A stretch of 64,000 bases of DNA. It comes from Novakomyces olei. Taxonomy: Eukaryota. A program made the translations under genes and the position numbers. A model generated the notes under the pieces. It made no database searches and was not told the origin of the DNA. It saw only the letters and a list, made by a program, of their open reading frames with translations. Positions 51,866 through 64,000 of this stretch are shown one piece after another. The stretch covers positions 1 through 64,000 of the forward strand of contig JADEYG010000003.1 in the NCBI GenBank assembly GCA_016906335.1, given 5' to 3'. Numbering within the stretch: position 1 is the stretch's first letter; each line of letters begins with the position of its first letter.

Positions 51866-53566
51866 ATGGCGTCTTACAATACCAGTGAGCCTAAAGGCCC
51901 TAATCCTATGCTCATGGACGTGAATACTCAATTTGTTGGAGCGTCTGATGTATGGATTATGGTAGCAACTGGGGCTGTATGGCCAATTATGCCAGGCATT
52001 GGGCTTTTATACGCTGGATTAGCTAGAAAACACAGTGCTGTTGCATTATTGTTTCAACTGATGATGGTGTGGGGCGCTGTTAGTATTATTTGGTTTCTTT
52101 TAGGCTACTCGCTCGTTTCAAGTTCCACGGGGAGTGCTTTTATAGGGAATTTCGATAATGGCGGACTTCAGAATGTCTTGGCCAGCCCGAGCCCGGGATC
52201 GGCTGTTATCAATGAACCGGTCTATATGATTTTTCAGTGTTATTTTTGCGTTGCTACTGTTGCAATTATGGTTGGCGGAAGTTGCGATCGTGGTCGCATG
52301 ATTCCCAGTATAATATTTGCTTGCATCTGGTCAGTTTTCGTTTATGACTTTGCTGCTTATTGGACATGGAACGCGAATGGTTGGCTCTATACGTAAGTGC
52401 TGCCTTTAAATAGTAAACAGCTTTGAAAATTGGAAAATTAAACAATTGAATTATCGGAACTGCTCTGTCAGCTTTAAATTATTGCCTTTCACATCAATAA
52501 TGCAGTGGCGTCATTGGAAGTTTTCAATCTTTTTTTGTTTGCCTTTATACCTACACTCAGACTTGGAACTTTAGACTTTGCCGGCGGCTCACCCGTCCAC
52601 ATTGCCGCAGGCTTTGGTGCTCTAGGCTACGCGGTCATGCTCGGACCAAGACGGGAATATAGGGGTCGGAAGGTGGGCCAGAACAAGCCGCATAATGTTG
52701 TTCTTGTCTTGTAAGAAACAGCCAATTGTTCCCTTTTCAGTCTTGACTTCATCATGTATACACGCTCTTATTTATGCTTTACATAAGGCTTTCTATTCAA
52801 CTCTGAATCAACACCAATTTCGAATGTTTACTAACCTTGTTTGCTAAAAAGTATTGGGACGAGTCTCATCTGTTTTGGTTGGAATTTTTTTAACTCCGGT
52901 ACTGCGCTTAATGACTCAGTACGCGCAGCCTACGCAATGTCTAATACCAATTTTGCGGCCTCTGGAGGAATTATATCATACTCAATCCTTAGCTATTTTC
53001 GCAATGGCCGTCGCTGGAGCATAGTCGCTGCCTGCGAAGGCGCTATTTCTGGGCTAGTGGGAATAACTCCCGCGGCCGGATTTGTTCCACTGCATTTTGG
53101 ACTCGTCATTGGACTCGTTACCGGGATTGTATGCAATCTTACCGAGGGCTTGATTTCTTACGTGGGCATTGATGAGGGATTAGAGGTATTCAATCTTCAT
53201 GGTATCGGTGGGATATGCGGGGGAGTTTGTACTGCTCTTTTCGCCGCTGACTGGGTAGCTGCCCTGGACGGAGCCACTGTGATTGATGGCGGATGGATCA
53301 ACGGCCACTGGATTCAACTTGGGTACAATTTGGCTGGCTGTATTACAATTGCCGCTTGGTCGTTTGTGGTAACCATATTCTTCCTATTTATTATGAATTT
53401 TATTCCATTTTTACGGCTCCGGTTGCCGGACGAACAAGAGGCTGTTGGCATTGATTTTGCTATAATGGAAGAACAATTGTTCAAGGCAGTAGAGACGTTG
53501 GACGCAAACGATGTGAGTGAAGCAAAGGAGACAACTCCGGCTCCAACAGTCGCACCAAAGGTGTAA
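51866..53566 (+). CDS. Ammonium transporter (Amt/Mep)
   Basis: WTWNANGWL, LDFAGGSPVH, FGWNFFNSG, GLVGITPAAG and HGIGG motifs; 2 introns. Confidence 0.9.
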
Positions 53567-54070
53567 TCCAATTGGAAACTGTGTTTTTAAGTGTGAGCAT
53601 ATGGTGTTGCAAGTTACGATATGCGGTATACATTTGAATATTTGTTAATAGATCAAAGTTATTATAGATAAAAGTATTATGATTAAGCGCGTACGCTCAT
53701 CTTTGGCGTCTGTGAAGATGTATCTGGTAGATTTAAAGGTTCCAACTATTGAAGCTAAATCATTTCCATCAAAGGTAGTCCCACTGTCTTTGAATGTGTA
53801 TCAAAACATCAACGGAAAAGAAAGAAAGATGTCGACAACGTTGAAGAGAAGCAATTAATCTCTAATAAGCCAATAATAATTATGATGATTATACAGTAAG
53901 CAAGGTAAAGCTTACGTACTATAATGCACACAAGAAAGGGCGGTAATTCTGTGGCAATCAACAGTTTAGCCGATTATCCTAAAATGAAAAAATCATTTAA
54001 ACGACAAAATCGTTTAGATGACAACATACATTTCTGTAACTATCAATTTATACGGCTCTCGATACTATGA

Positions 54071-54931
54071 TCAAGCTTTACCTTCAGATCCGAGGACCTT
54101 GAACATGCGCTTAATACTCTCCACGTACGCGTCTCGCTGGTTCACCATCAGCTTTGTAATTTCGGCCTTGTTTGCATGTGCCTTATTGTAAGCGTAGTAA
54201 TTATCCATTATCAGGCCATTGACATTGATCTTTGAGATTCGGCCGAGCCTGATACATTTCTGTAAAAGATCGTCCGTAAACTCGTTTGTTCCGTGCATAC
54301 AAACTCGCACATCAACCTGGTCCAGAGACCTTCTGATCTCTTGTAAACGATCAAATTTTACAAATGCTTTCGGTCCTGCACTGCCATAAGTACCATGGAG
54401 GTTCCCAAAAGCGGGAGCAATCATGTCCGCCTGAGTTTCGCGAGCAAATTCCAGAGCAAATTCCGGTGTAGTCAAAAGTTCTCCAATATCGCCGGGCGAA
54501 GCCACGCCGTCTTCGCCTCCGTCAATTCTTCCCGTTTCCGCTTCGGTATAAATACCCTTAGATTTAGCCAGCTGTACTAAACGCCTCGTTTTATCAAGAT
54601 TCTCTTGTAGAGAGAAATGCGACATGTCTATCATGACGCTATCAAACGGCATATCCATAACTTTTTCACACAACTCGGGGTCCAAGCAATGATCCAAGTG
54701 CACTCCAATCGGCACTGACGCCTTTGCCGCTATTTTTGCACAATATTCAACGAATTCTGGACCGGCAAAGTCGATCGTCCAGGGGAAAAACTGGATAATT
54801 GCTGGTGATTTTGCTTCTTCCGCCGCTTTAACCGTGGCAATTGCTCCTTCCATATTATAGATGTTACAGGCAGCGATGGCATAACCTTCGCGCTCTGCTT
54901 TAAGCAGCATTTCTTTCACTACGTTACCCAT
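54071..54931 (-). CDS. Class II ketose-bisphosphate aldolase (GatY/KbaY/Fba-like), intronless
   Basis: VHLDH, SVMIDMSH, EAETGRIDGGED, AFGNLHG, MHG and KINVN motifs. Confidence 0.85.
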   Translation of the reverse strand: MGNVVKEMLLKAEREGYAIAACNIYNMEGAIATVKAAEEAKSPAIIQFFPWTIDFAGPEFVEYCAKIAAKASVPIGVHLDHCLDPELCEKVMDMPFDSVMIDMSHFSLQENLDKTRRLVQLAKSKGIYTEAETGRIDGGEDGVASPGDIGELLTTPEFALEFARETQADMIAPAFGNLHGTYGSAGPKAFVKFDRLQEIRRSLDQVDVRVCMHGTNEFTDDLLQKCIRLGRISKINVNGLIMDNYYAYNKAHANKAEITKLMVNQRDAYVESIKRMFKVLGSEGKA

Positions 54932-55835
54932 TGATGGCAGTGTCGGCGTCCTTTGTTGCCTGTTACCTGTCAAACCTGCGCGCCGGCTTTTATCTATCTC
55001 GTACTTTACTATCCCATATTCTTGGTCGTTTAAATCTGGAGAAAAATACGAATACTGGATGTACTCCACATAATCTAGCCTTACTTGTAAGCGCAAGTGG
55101 GATAGGGGTTGATAGTATGGGGAAAATGGGTATATACTGAGGCGAACGCGAGATTAGGGTTTTCGCTCGGATTGTATAGGGTTTGGATGTGGTTGCAGCA
55201 GTGCTGGAAATTAAGCAAAAAGGCCGCATTTCCTGCTTCTATCCCACCACAGTATAGAGCGGATGGGCAATCGCGGACTATGGCGGGATAGATACTCGTG
55301 GCCAATGACGTTTGTAAATTCCCGATTGGACCTATCAAGTCATACTACGTCTGTGCACATTGAAATCTCTATTTGAACCTTTGAATTGTATATATATATA
55401 TCTGCATACAAACGTATAAATAAAAATATTTGTACTTCCAAATCTAAATATATATAGCACGCCGTCCACAAACTCGTACATTGACGTGCGCTTCGTTATT
55501 CCTCAGACAAAAGACAAAAAATTGAAGACCCTCCTTTTTCGTAAATTTACGATTTATCATTGTTAACCATGAACGCATGCCAGGACGAAAAAGAAAGAAA
55601 GAAGAGAAAAAAGGAAAAAGAAGCAATCAAAAAAAACGACCAAGCAAAAGTAAGTCGATGTTTAACACGCAACAAAATTTCCAAACCATTTAGCAAAAGA
55701 GCGTCACTATTGGATGAAAATAGTATAGGAAAAAAAAAAAAAAAAAAGACCGGCGCACACACACATGAAACCCAAACCAATCTGCTGCCAAAAATGTTAA
55801 GACTTTTCACGATACAAACAACCCTTTTTCAGTGT

Positions 55836-58311
55836 CTAGCCAGTTTGATCGTATTGATGGTGTAAAGTAACGGAAGAAAACGAAGTAAACGGATCTACAG
55901 CAGAATCTGCACCAGGCGTAGAAGCGCCCATAGGCACACCAATAGCTTTTGTAGTCACCTCAATATCGAGATCCATAGAATTAGAATCGTGGAGACGACG
56001 AAAGTTGATGGCATCTGTTCCCGGGCCGGCAGAAGGTACAATGGGTGGTGTCTGATGCCTTAGTAAAGCCCATTGAGTATTTCGGAAAAACGGATGGTTT
56101 TTAACATCAGAGGCACCCGCTCTTGATCCCAGCCGTCGATGTTCGTCCTTTATTAAGAGCTTTCTTATCAGACTCTTGCAGCTGCTGGAAGTATGCTGGG
56201 CACTGCTTGTCTCGGGGAACGAGACGCTATTCCGCAGAATATTGGAAAAAGTAAAATTTCTGTTTTTGCCTTTAAACGGCGTAGTTCCATAAAGCATTTC
56301 GTAAACTAGTATACCAAGAGTCCACCAGTCAACCGCGCTTGTATGCCCATTTCCCTTGATAACTTCAGGCGCGATATACTCTTCTGTGCCTACAAACGAA
56401 TTCGTACGAAAATCAGCAATGCACGATTTTGTATCAACCGCAGGCAAAGAATGAGACGAAGTTCCAGATGGAACCATTGTCGGCGCTCCGCCAGGACCGG
56501 ACTGCTTGGATAAATCGAAATCCGAAAGCATGATATGCCCAGTGTGATGAAGGAGGATATCTGCAAACGTTAGTTGCTGGTTTTCGTAGAAAAATGATTA
56601 ATAGCGAAACGTAAAAAGAAACAAATGATCGGAAAGACTGATTTTTTGGCTGGTAGACCACTGAGCAAACCAGCTGCAAATCTTGGACATTCGAATAGCC
56701 AAAAGTATAGTCAACCTTGTAAAAATAAGAGAGCACACATAAACGAGTTTTGAAGAATGTACAAGATTGCAGTGCGACAAGCTTGAGAAAGTCACAAAGA
56801 CTTGTATAAACAAAGAGTTTCGTTGTAAACATCAGCAAATAGCTTTGGCGTTGAAGCTATAAAATATATACACGTGTCATTCTTACTTTCTGGTTTCAAA
56901 TCACGGTAGATGAAACCCATCAAATGCAGGTATTCCAATGCCGCCGTTACTTCCGCCGCGTAAAATCTTGCCTCGTCTTCTGACAAGCATTTGCCCGGGC
57001 GCGATTGCAAAGCACGGAAAAACTCTCCGCCCATACAATATTCCATGCAGAGGTACAGATGATTATCAGACTGGAAAGAGTGATAGAGGGTAACAATAAA
57101 AGGGTGGTTGCTAGTAGCCAAAATCTCTTGTTCTGCTAAAGCACGTTTAATCTTGTTGCGCTTGATCATTTCGTTCTTATTCAACACTAAAAAATTAGCA
57201 AGAAAACACTCAAAAGGTCCAACAAGTTAAAGTAAAAACAGCAACAAATGTAACGACAGTAACTGAACAACTGCAAAGTAGATTGCGTCAAATCATGGTG
57301 AAAGAAATTCAAAGAATTTAGCGGAATGATACCCTTCATAGCGTAAAGCCGCGAAGTCTTTTTCTCCTTTACGAGATAAACCTTGCCAACATCGCCCTTG
57401 CCCAATAGCTTGATCTTTTCAAAACTATCCGGTCCAACTTGCACCTTTTGAGCCTTTATCGAGTTGCTAGAATACGTACGCCGGAAGGGCTTACCCCCAT
57501 TCTTAGCCGGCCTGGGTATTGTGTTTGCCACACCTGGAGCTGAGCTTTCATCGACGACCGCATTGAAAGGCGAGAGATTAGAGGAACAAAGTCCCAAGCT
57601 GCCAGCTCCATTTGACGTATTAGCACGAACACGACTAGACGGCCGATGCTCCACATTTTCTCCCGGTTTCTCTGGTATTGACGATATGCCAGCTTGATTG
57701 GTTGTCTCGTTCCATGCCGCCACTCCCTTTTCATCCGCACCCTTTTGGTCTGAGATTTTATAATTGCCATTACCATTGCCATTGCTATTGCTATTGCTCT
57801 TATCCGACTTCTGTTCTCCTCTTCCCTTCTGCTCTACAGGCGGGGCAGATGCAACGCGACGTAAACGTCTCGAGATATCTTCCTTAAAGGAAGTAACGCT
57901 TTTCTTATTAGAACTGGAACCACTGTTTCCTCCGGCTCCATTGCCGCCCGGCGCGGAACCCTCTTCGTCAGAATCAGGCAGACTTCTCATATCCGGAGCT
58001 TCGACCACATTTGTCTCAATGCTCGGAATTTCTGTGAAATAAGTGTCTCCAGAGTTTGTGCTATTATCATTTGTACCCGACTCGTTGCCATCGACCACGA
58101 TAGAGGGCACTGCGCCAGACGACACTGTCTTGCTGCTGTTCCGATTGTGGAAAGAAGACGATGAATCTGATCGTTCGCTCTCGCTCCTGCCGAGCCGGAA
58201 AAAAGTACGCAATCGCGACATTGATCGAGGCCGCGTCGTCGTTGTCGTTGCAGTCGCACTGTTTTGCAAAGAGTGAATTGAGGACGGAACCGACTTGTCC
58301 ACGTGAGCCAT
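55836..58311 (-). CDS. AGC Ser/Thr kinase of the Nrc-2/Fpk1/Ppk14 (flippase kinase) family
   Basis: [23 protein letters not shown] and [14 protein letters not shown] motifs; 2 introns. Confidence 0.9.
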
Positions 58312-59465
58312 TCCTTCTCTCGCCTTAATTGGGGTAAAAACAACGCAGTAAACTTAAATCAAATGCGTCCATTCAACAGGTTTTTGCAGTATTTAGCGTT
58401 TGCTTTAGTTTCCACAGTGCACTATTGCCTTTGCCTTCGCTTTTTGTATCTCTGCCGCTCAATTTTGCTGCTAAATTTTTGGGTTTGTCGAGACCAAACG
58501 TTAATTTCGTGCACAACGGCCTCAAATCACGCGTCTAGAATCTATCGCTACTCCTATACTTGCCCCGCTGCTCGTTAAAAGTACATATTTGCCGCCGTGT
58601 TAGCCAAGCGCGCGCGTATTGGGTTCGATTCCGGGAGATGTTATCTACTGCGTATAGAATTATTTAATTAATTCTTAATTTATTCTGTCTAACAAGGCGT
58701 TCTAGATAAAGCCTGCGCTCTGTAACAAGTAAATCGCTTTATATTTAGCAACACGATGCTGCTATATGAGGCTATCATCTCCACCGGGAAAACCCTGAAT
58801 TAGGTTTGTCCCTGATTGCCGTTTAAAGAGGGAGTATGGTTTGTATTGAGGCAGGCAAGCCAATGTCCAAACGTGCGTTGGGAAATTTATTCTTAAACGA
58901 ATACTCGTCACACTCCAAGCATGATCTCCTGCGATGGCTGGTTTGTTTAAAAAATCATAAGAAATAATCCAAGACATATCCAGCCGTCATACTGGCTTCC
59001 CATAGTATGAGAGCCAATACAATCAATGTATTGGAAGTTGAGTATGTATATACAATATAATAAAGCAAAAAAAAAAAGCATAAAAAACATTGACAGTGTT
59101 TGAACTAGTCTCAATATTAGGCCTACATGCATCCAAAGTGTACTATGTTCTTGTAGCAAACAACAACTCACTCAAATCCAGCAATTTCACAGTCCAATTA
59201 GCTCAAAATCCAGCCATACTACGTGCAATGCCTTCCAATGAAAATGGTTGTAATATCAAAATATCACGAGTCTGTAACTGACCACACTTCTTGTCCGGTG
59301 CACTGTTGCACTTTATATACAAAAGCACATTTATTTATGCAATAGCGCATTTATCTATACAAGTAGCAATTGTATATCAGCACCTTGTATACAGATAAGA
59401 TAAAAGAATTTTGCAAAAAAGAATAAATTATTTGTATTTGTTTGAACAGTCAAAATTGCACGGTG

Positions 59466-60166
59466 ATGGTATGCTTTGAATTGAAGGGCAATAAAGACTT
59501 TAATATCCATCGAACATCCACGTGTTCTAACCAATTCAGCATGATCTTGTTGTTCTTATATCCGGATCAGGTACAAACTTACAGGCGATTATTGATAATT
59601 GTCGGGAAGGCGGAGTGCTGTTTGGCAAAGCTGCAGTAAAGCACGTGATAAGCAATCGCAAAGATGCTTACGGCCTCACTCGGGCTGCGAGCGCACAAAT
59701 ACCCACTACCGTCCACTCGTTGTTTTCATATAAGCGCAATTTTGGAGCTGAAGAGGGCCGGAGACGATACGATGCGGATTTAGCAAAGCTTATAATAGAT
59801 CTCTCACCGGGCCTAGTTGTCTGCGCCGGCTGGATGCACATATTCTCAAAACTAACGCTAAGGCCTTTGGCAAACGCCAATATCGGGATAATAAATCTAC
59901 ACCCGGCTCTCCCTGGCCAGTTTGATGGGGCTAACGCGATTCAGCGCGCGTATGCAGAACTGCAAGCTGGCCACATTGACCATACGGGAATAATGGTACA
60001 TTGGGTTATTGAAGCTGTTGACGCTGGAACACCAATCCTCGTAAAAAATGTAGAGTATTTCAAAACGGACAGCCTTGAGCAACTAGAGCACCGAATACAC
60101 GCGTGCGAACACAAGGCTATCGTGGAGGGGACACAAAGGGCTCTCGCACAAATTTTTGACTCATAA
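59466..60166 (+). CDS. ADE8: Phosphoribosylglycinamide formyltransferase
   Basis: M|HDLVVLISGSGTNLQAII, AGWMHI, INLHPALPGQF and VDAG motifs; first coding exon is the ATG alone, intron 59469-59539. Confidence 0.85.
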
Positions 60167-60370
60167 TATTGGAATAAATTATAAAGAATTTAATACTACT
60201 CTTTAACAAGTCAATTAACCAACAGATTATGTCCTTGATAGATACAGTCAAGTAAATAATATTGATCTATTGCCTGGGTCCATTGAACATCCAATATAAT
60301 ACAAACAAATCGCCTATACCCTTGTCAAAATTACCACAACCCAAATTTAGTCACTGCCAGTGATGCAAGC

Positions 60371-62475
60371 TTATTTAGACCGTTTATAAGGCGGTTCATC
60401 CAAATCTGCTTTCGCATCGTGGCCGGGTTTCGATGCCGAATTACCGTCTATGACCTGCTTGTTCGTTTCCAGTAGAGAATCGTGCCCTCGCTTCTCGCCA
60501 ATTTTTTTAGGTCCCTCGACATAGTCCGGAGGGGGCACAAACCAGGGTATCTTGCCACGCATAAAATCATTGAGCACCATCTTGGCCACTGTACCTTCAT
60601 CCGGCTCACCGCCTTTAAGTAATCGGCCGTGACGCTGAGCAAGCATTGACAGGAACGCTTTTGCTGGATCATGCGCAGTATCCCAATCAGTGACTCCATA
60701 AGTTTTCGTCAAGTGCTTGGCCTTACAACGGCTGATGACATTACTTATGTACTGTTCCGGGTTGGCAACGTTTTCAACACGCACAACGCCTTTAAGCAGG
60801 ATATCCGCGTCCGTATCGGTGTTGCTTGGCGGGACAATTCCAGGACAATCGATAAGAAAAATCCGCCGCATTAATGTAATATACTGCCAAACTTTGGTCT
60901 CTCCCGGAATCGGGGCGACGTTGCATACCTTGCGCTTCCGCAAAGTATTTATTATGCTTGATTTTCCCGTGTTTGGGTAGCCAATCATGCCGACTGATAT
61001 TTGCCGTTTGTCTGAATGGAGAGTAGAGTATTGGCGAAGTAACTGGATCAGTGTGCCTTTGCCAAATGAATTGTTGATGCTCGCATGAAAAGCCAATGTT
61101 GGGCGTTGCCTTGAGAGATATTTGACCCATGAAGCCTTCTCATTAGCATTTATCGCATAAGCCAATTTTCATGTAGAAAACGTCGATATATAGAAAAGGC
61201 AAATTAATGGAAAACAAACAAAAGGCAAATCAGAATAAATACATCAAAATCAAATACATAGAAAAAGTTAAAAAAAAAAAAAAAAGATGAAATTTGTTTG
61301 GTTTTAAACTAAGAACAGTTTCAATTGCTTTTGTTCAAACGAACAAGCAACATCAATTTCTCGATCCATGTTCTACTCTTAAAAAACCGTTGCGCTACAC
61401 GTAAACTTTTCAGAACGAAAAGTCATAGAAACATGTGAGCGCTCTCTCTGCCAAAGTTGTAACAGACCCAGACTGGTAAGATGTGGCACAACGGCCCCTG
61501 TCTGGTCTTGACTTAACTTTGGCTAGCATTGGATGTGTATAGAGAATCAAAAACAATAAACACGCCAAGCTTTGACTTTCCATATAGAAGACAAAAGGCA
61601 AACTCGACTCTATACAGGTCGTTGATAAATGGAAGGAATTGAGAGGTAGAGAGAAAAAAAAAAAGACAAAATAAACTTACCGCAACGCTGGTAGGTACTA
61701 GGTCGCACTTATTCAGAACATATATCAGATGCTTGTGCGGAGCATCATTCTCAATATACTTTTCAACACTGACACAGCGTGTGCCCAATGGATCTCGAGC
61801 ATCAAGAACGTGAATAACAACGTCCGAGGAGTCTATAACTTTGTAGAGTTCGTTCCATATCCGTTTGGACTGTCCCTTTGAAAAAATTGCTTCTCGAGCA
61901 GTCTGAAAAGATCCACTGAATTCGTCTTCATTCTCGTCCTGCTGATCCTCGTATGCATCTTGAGAATCTTCCGAGTTCTTTGCCAGCTCCGTCAAAGAGC
62001 TTGCTACAACTTTAGGCCGTTTGCGTAAAGATTTCGGGCCAAACGTCGTATCAAAAGGCTCGCTTTCAATAATATTTGCTTTCACCGGCCGCTCAGACGT
62101 TTCCAACAGGCTCATTGGCAGCTTGTTCCGTTTCAATAGCACAGTATAAGGATCAGCACTTTGTCCCGCCATCCGTTCTCGGAATTGAGTCAAAGCATCT
62201 TGGCTAATGACGCGTGTGTTGTTGAACCACCGCCGGTCTGGATTCACACGGGCTTTGGGGACCTCTGTTGACTGAAAGGCGGCTTCTTGCACTATATCGC
62301 CCTGAGCGTTGCGTCTAGCATGGCCGCCCTTTAACAAATTTACTTGCTTTGCTTTCTTTGCATCGCGGTAGAAATTTTCGCCTTTAACGCGCAAATTAGA
62401 CGCTTTTGCTGCATTCTCGTTTCCTGCACTTGTCTGCCGCGCTCTTCTATTTGCCTCCTTCTTTCCCGTTCCCAT
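60371..62475 (-). CDS. NOG2: Nucleolar GTPase Nog2
   Basis: [45 protein letters not shown] and DCPG motifs; intron 61136-61680. Confidence 0.93.
61292..61523 (-). ncRNA. SNR191: Intronic H/ACA snoRNA, U19/snR191 type (LSU rRNA helix 69 pseudouridines)
   Basis: Three hairpins. Pockets AGTCA/GTTAC and AGAGT/TAGTT are complementary to GUAACUAUGACUCU. ACA box is 14 nt after the 3' pocket; hosted in the NOG2 intron as in budding yeast. Confidence 0.85.
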
Positions 62476-63229
62476 TTTGCAAAAGAGGCAGATAGATTAA
62501 TTTTTCATTTGCTATTTTTTAAATATATTGATTTTTTTGTCTTCATGCTATTTTCTAAACCCTCCAAGATAGGGTTATCCATAATATGCTATACTGCAAA
62601 TTACGAGCTAATCATAGGACTTTATTATCTGAAATCTCTGCTATACAGGAAACGCAACGCGAATTTGAATGAATTTTACTTTTGAAGCAAACCAAGTAAT
62701 CACCCGACACCGATGATTTGATCACGGGCCCGTATACTTTTAAATGGACTGGACCTGACGTGTTACCAAAAACTGGGCGCCGTCTGGAAAAATCGAGTCT
62801 TGTCTCTGCCCACAAGCGCCTTGGTCGATGGGGACAGCACACATTTCAATAATGGCACTTGAGAACAAAAAGTTATTGTCTATTGTGAATTGGATTGTTA
62901 GGATTAGGGCTTTAATTACTTCCATTGGAACACGTATGAGCATTATTATGATAAAGACAGATACTTTGTGCGAGCGCCCGAGCACAAGTCTAAATCGTGC
63001 AGTGTATTCTTCTTCAACGTAGAGATTCGCTAATCGATAGTCTAGCAGTCATAAACGGACTACTACTTACTTGAGCGAATGAATAAAAGTCCTCGCCAAA
63101 AATGTAAATGCAATTTCTTAAAAATGAAAAAACGCTCTCAATTCAAATAACATTTCCAAAAAATTAAACAAATATCCCTTAATCATTATAGTCTACGCGT
63201 TTATATTCGACTTGATACCTCGTGTAATC

Positions 63230-64000
63230 CTATCCCATGAAAATGTTCCAGTTTTGTTCAAACATAACAGTGCGCCAGCCTCCAAGGTCTTGAATAGTGA
63301 TCGACGGTGAGGCGTCCAGCAACTGCCAGACCTTTGCTACAAGTTCGAAACCCTTTATCATGTTACCAAATTTTAATCGCCGCTCAATAGCAGCAAATCG
63401 CGACTGCACAAAAGTCCGGTTTGGCCCGGGAGCAATGTAGCAGGCGGCTTCTACCAAAGGCCAACAGTGAACTGTGAGAAGGGGTGAAGTTTCTGGGATT
63501 GACTGCATATACTCGACAATTCGTTCGGCTAAACGATAAGGCAACTGCGGATCTTCCTCCGGTACAAATGAAGGGATATGCGTATAAAGAAATATCAGCA
63601 TTGCCATACGATAACACTCGGCTGTTGACTGAACTCCGAAAGCCTGTTGCATGTTTTCGAGCACTCCCATTGGAGGCTGTGGAGGCTTCCACATCATCAA
63701 ATCTTCCGTGAGTGCGAGCAGCTTCTCCAACCGATCTGCCGTCGGATTCTCTTGGTACAGAAATATATAGTGTACAAGCAAAGGGATCCTGACAAAGACC
63801 CATTCCGCCGTCCCCAAGATTGGGTCCACCCGTGCAATCGCTGGTGTGGAAACAAGGTTATTTTGGTCAAGAGTAGCGTAATTCCGGTCGGGTAAAAGAC
63901 TCGGCATAGCTGCTGTTGGATTTGGCAGAGAAAGTGAAGCAATTGCATACTGATAAATCCACATTGATCTCACAAACTGAGCGACGCCAGACGAAACTCC
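63230..64000 (-). CDS. C-terminal part of a fungal-specific transcription factor domain protein (Fungal_trans_2-like); 5' end outside the window
   Basis: AECYRMAMLIFLY, WPLVEAAC, LVAKVW and WRTVM motifs; the frame runs off the window edge. Confidence 0.65.
   Translation of the reverse strand, partial: GVSSGVAQFVRSMWIYQYAIASLSLPNPTAAMPSLLPDRNYATLDQNNLVSTPAIARVDPILGTAEWVFVRIPLLVHYIFLYQENPTADRLEKLLALTEDLMMWKPPQPPMGVLENMQQAFGVQSTAECYRMAMLIFLYTHIPSFVPEEDPQLPYRLAERIVEYMQSIPETSPLLTVHCWPLVEAACYIAPGPNRTFVQSRFAAIERRLKFGNMIKGFELVAKVWQLLDASPSITIQDLGGWRTVMFEQNWNIFMG

Noticed and set aside
58590-58645. tRNA gene
   Set aside because: No room for an anticodon arm, and the T-stem and acceptor stem do not pair.
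62706-62766. Possible C/D snoRNA (ATGATT...CTGA with a short terminal stem)
   Set aside because: Imperfect C box, too short, and no recognisable rRNA complementarity.

Overview
Left end of an intron-rich fungal (ascomycete-type) chromosome. 1-114 is a 10-mer telomere (CTAACTAACC, variant CTGACTAACC). 115-9960 is a head-to-tail stack of five variably truncated copies of one subtelomeric element. All five share an identical centromere-proximal end (...GGAATTTCGCCATAATTCCGTCTTGAATATATCTA|G). The element carries the N-terminus of a DUF3505/telomere-linked-helicase-type gene; in one copy a self-priming Ty3/gypsy retrotransposon interrupts that gene and is itself truncated. The stack sits on a short internal telomere tract (9961-9980). 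About 10.6-37.8 kb is a catabolic cluster matching the Aspergillus nidulans hxn nicotinate regulon (hxnR/X/M/Y/V/W/T-like plus an MFS). It lacks hxnS and hxnN but adds a CYP53-like P450, a second FAD monooxygenase, an amidohydrolase and a reductase. 39.5-45.6 kb is an MFS-murQ-anmK module with its own shared promoter motif. The rest is mostly housekeeping: tubulin cofactor A, HPP protein, MET17, Amt, class II aldolase, AGC kinase, ADE8, NOG2 with an intronic U19/snR191-type snoRNA, and a partial transcription factor. Exon boundaries were read by eye and no database searches were run.
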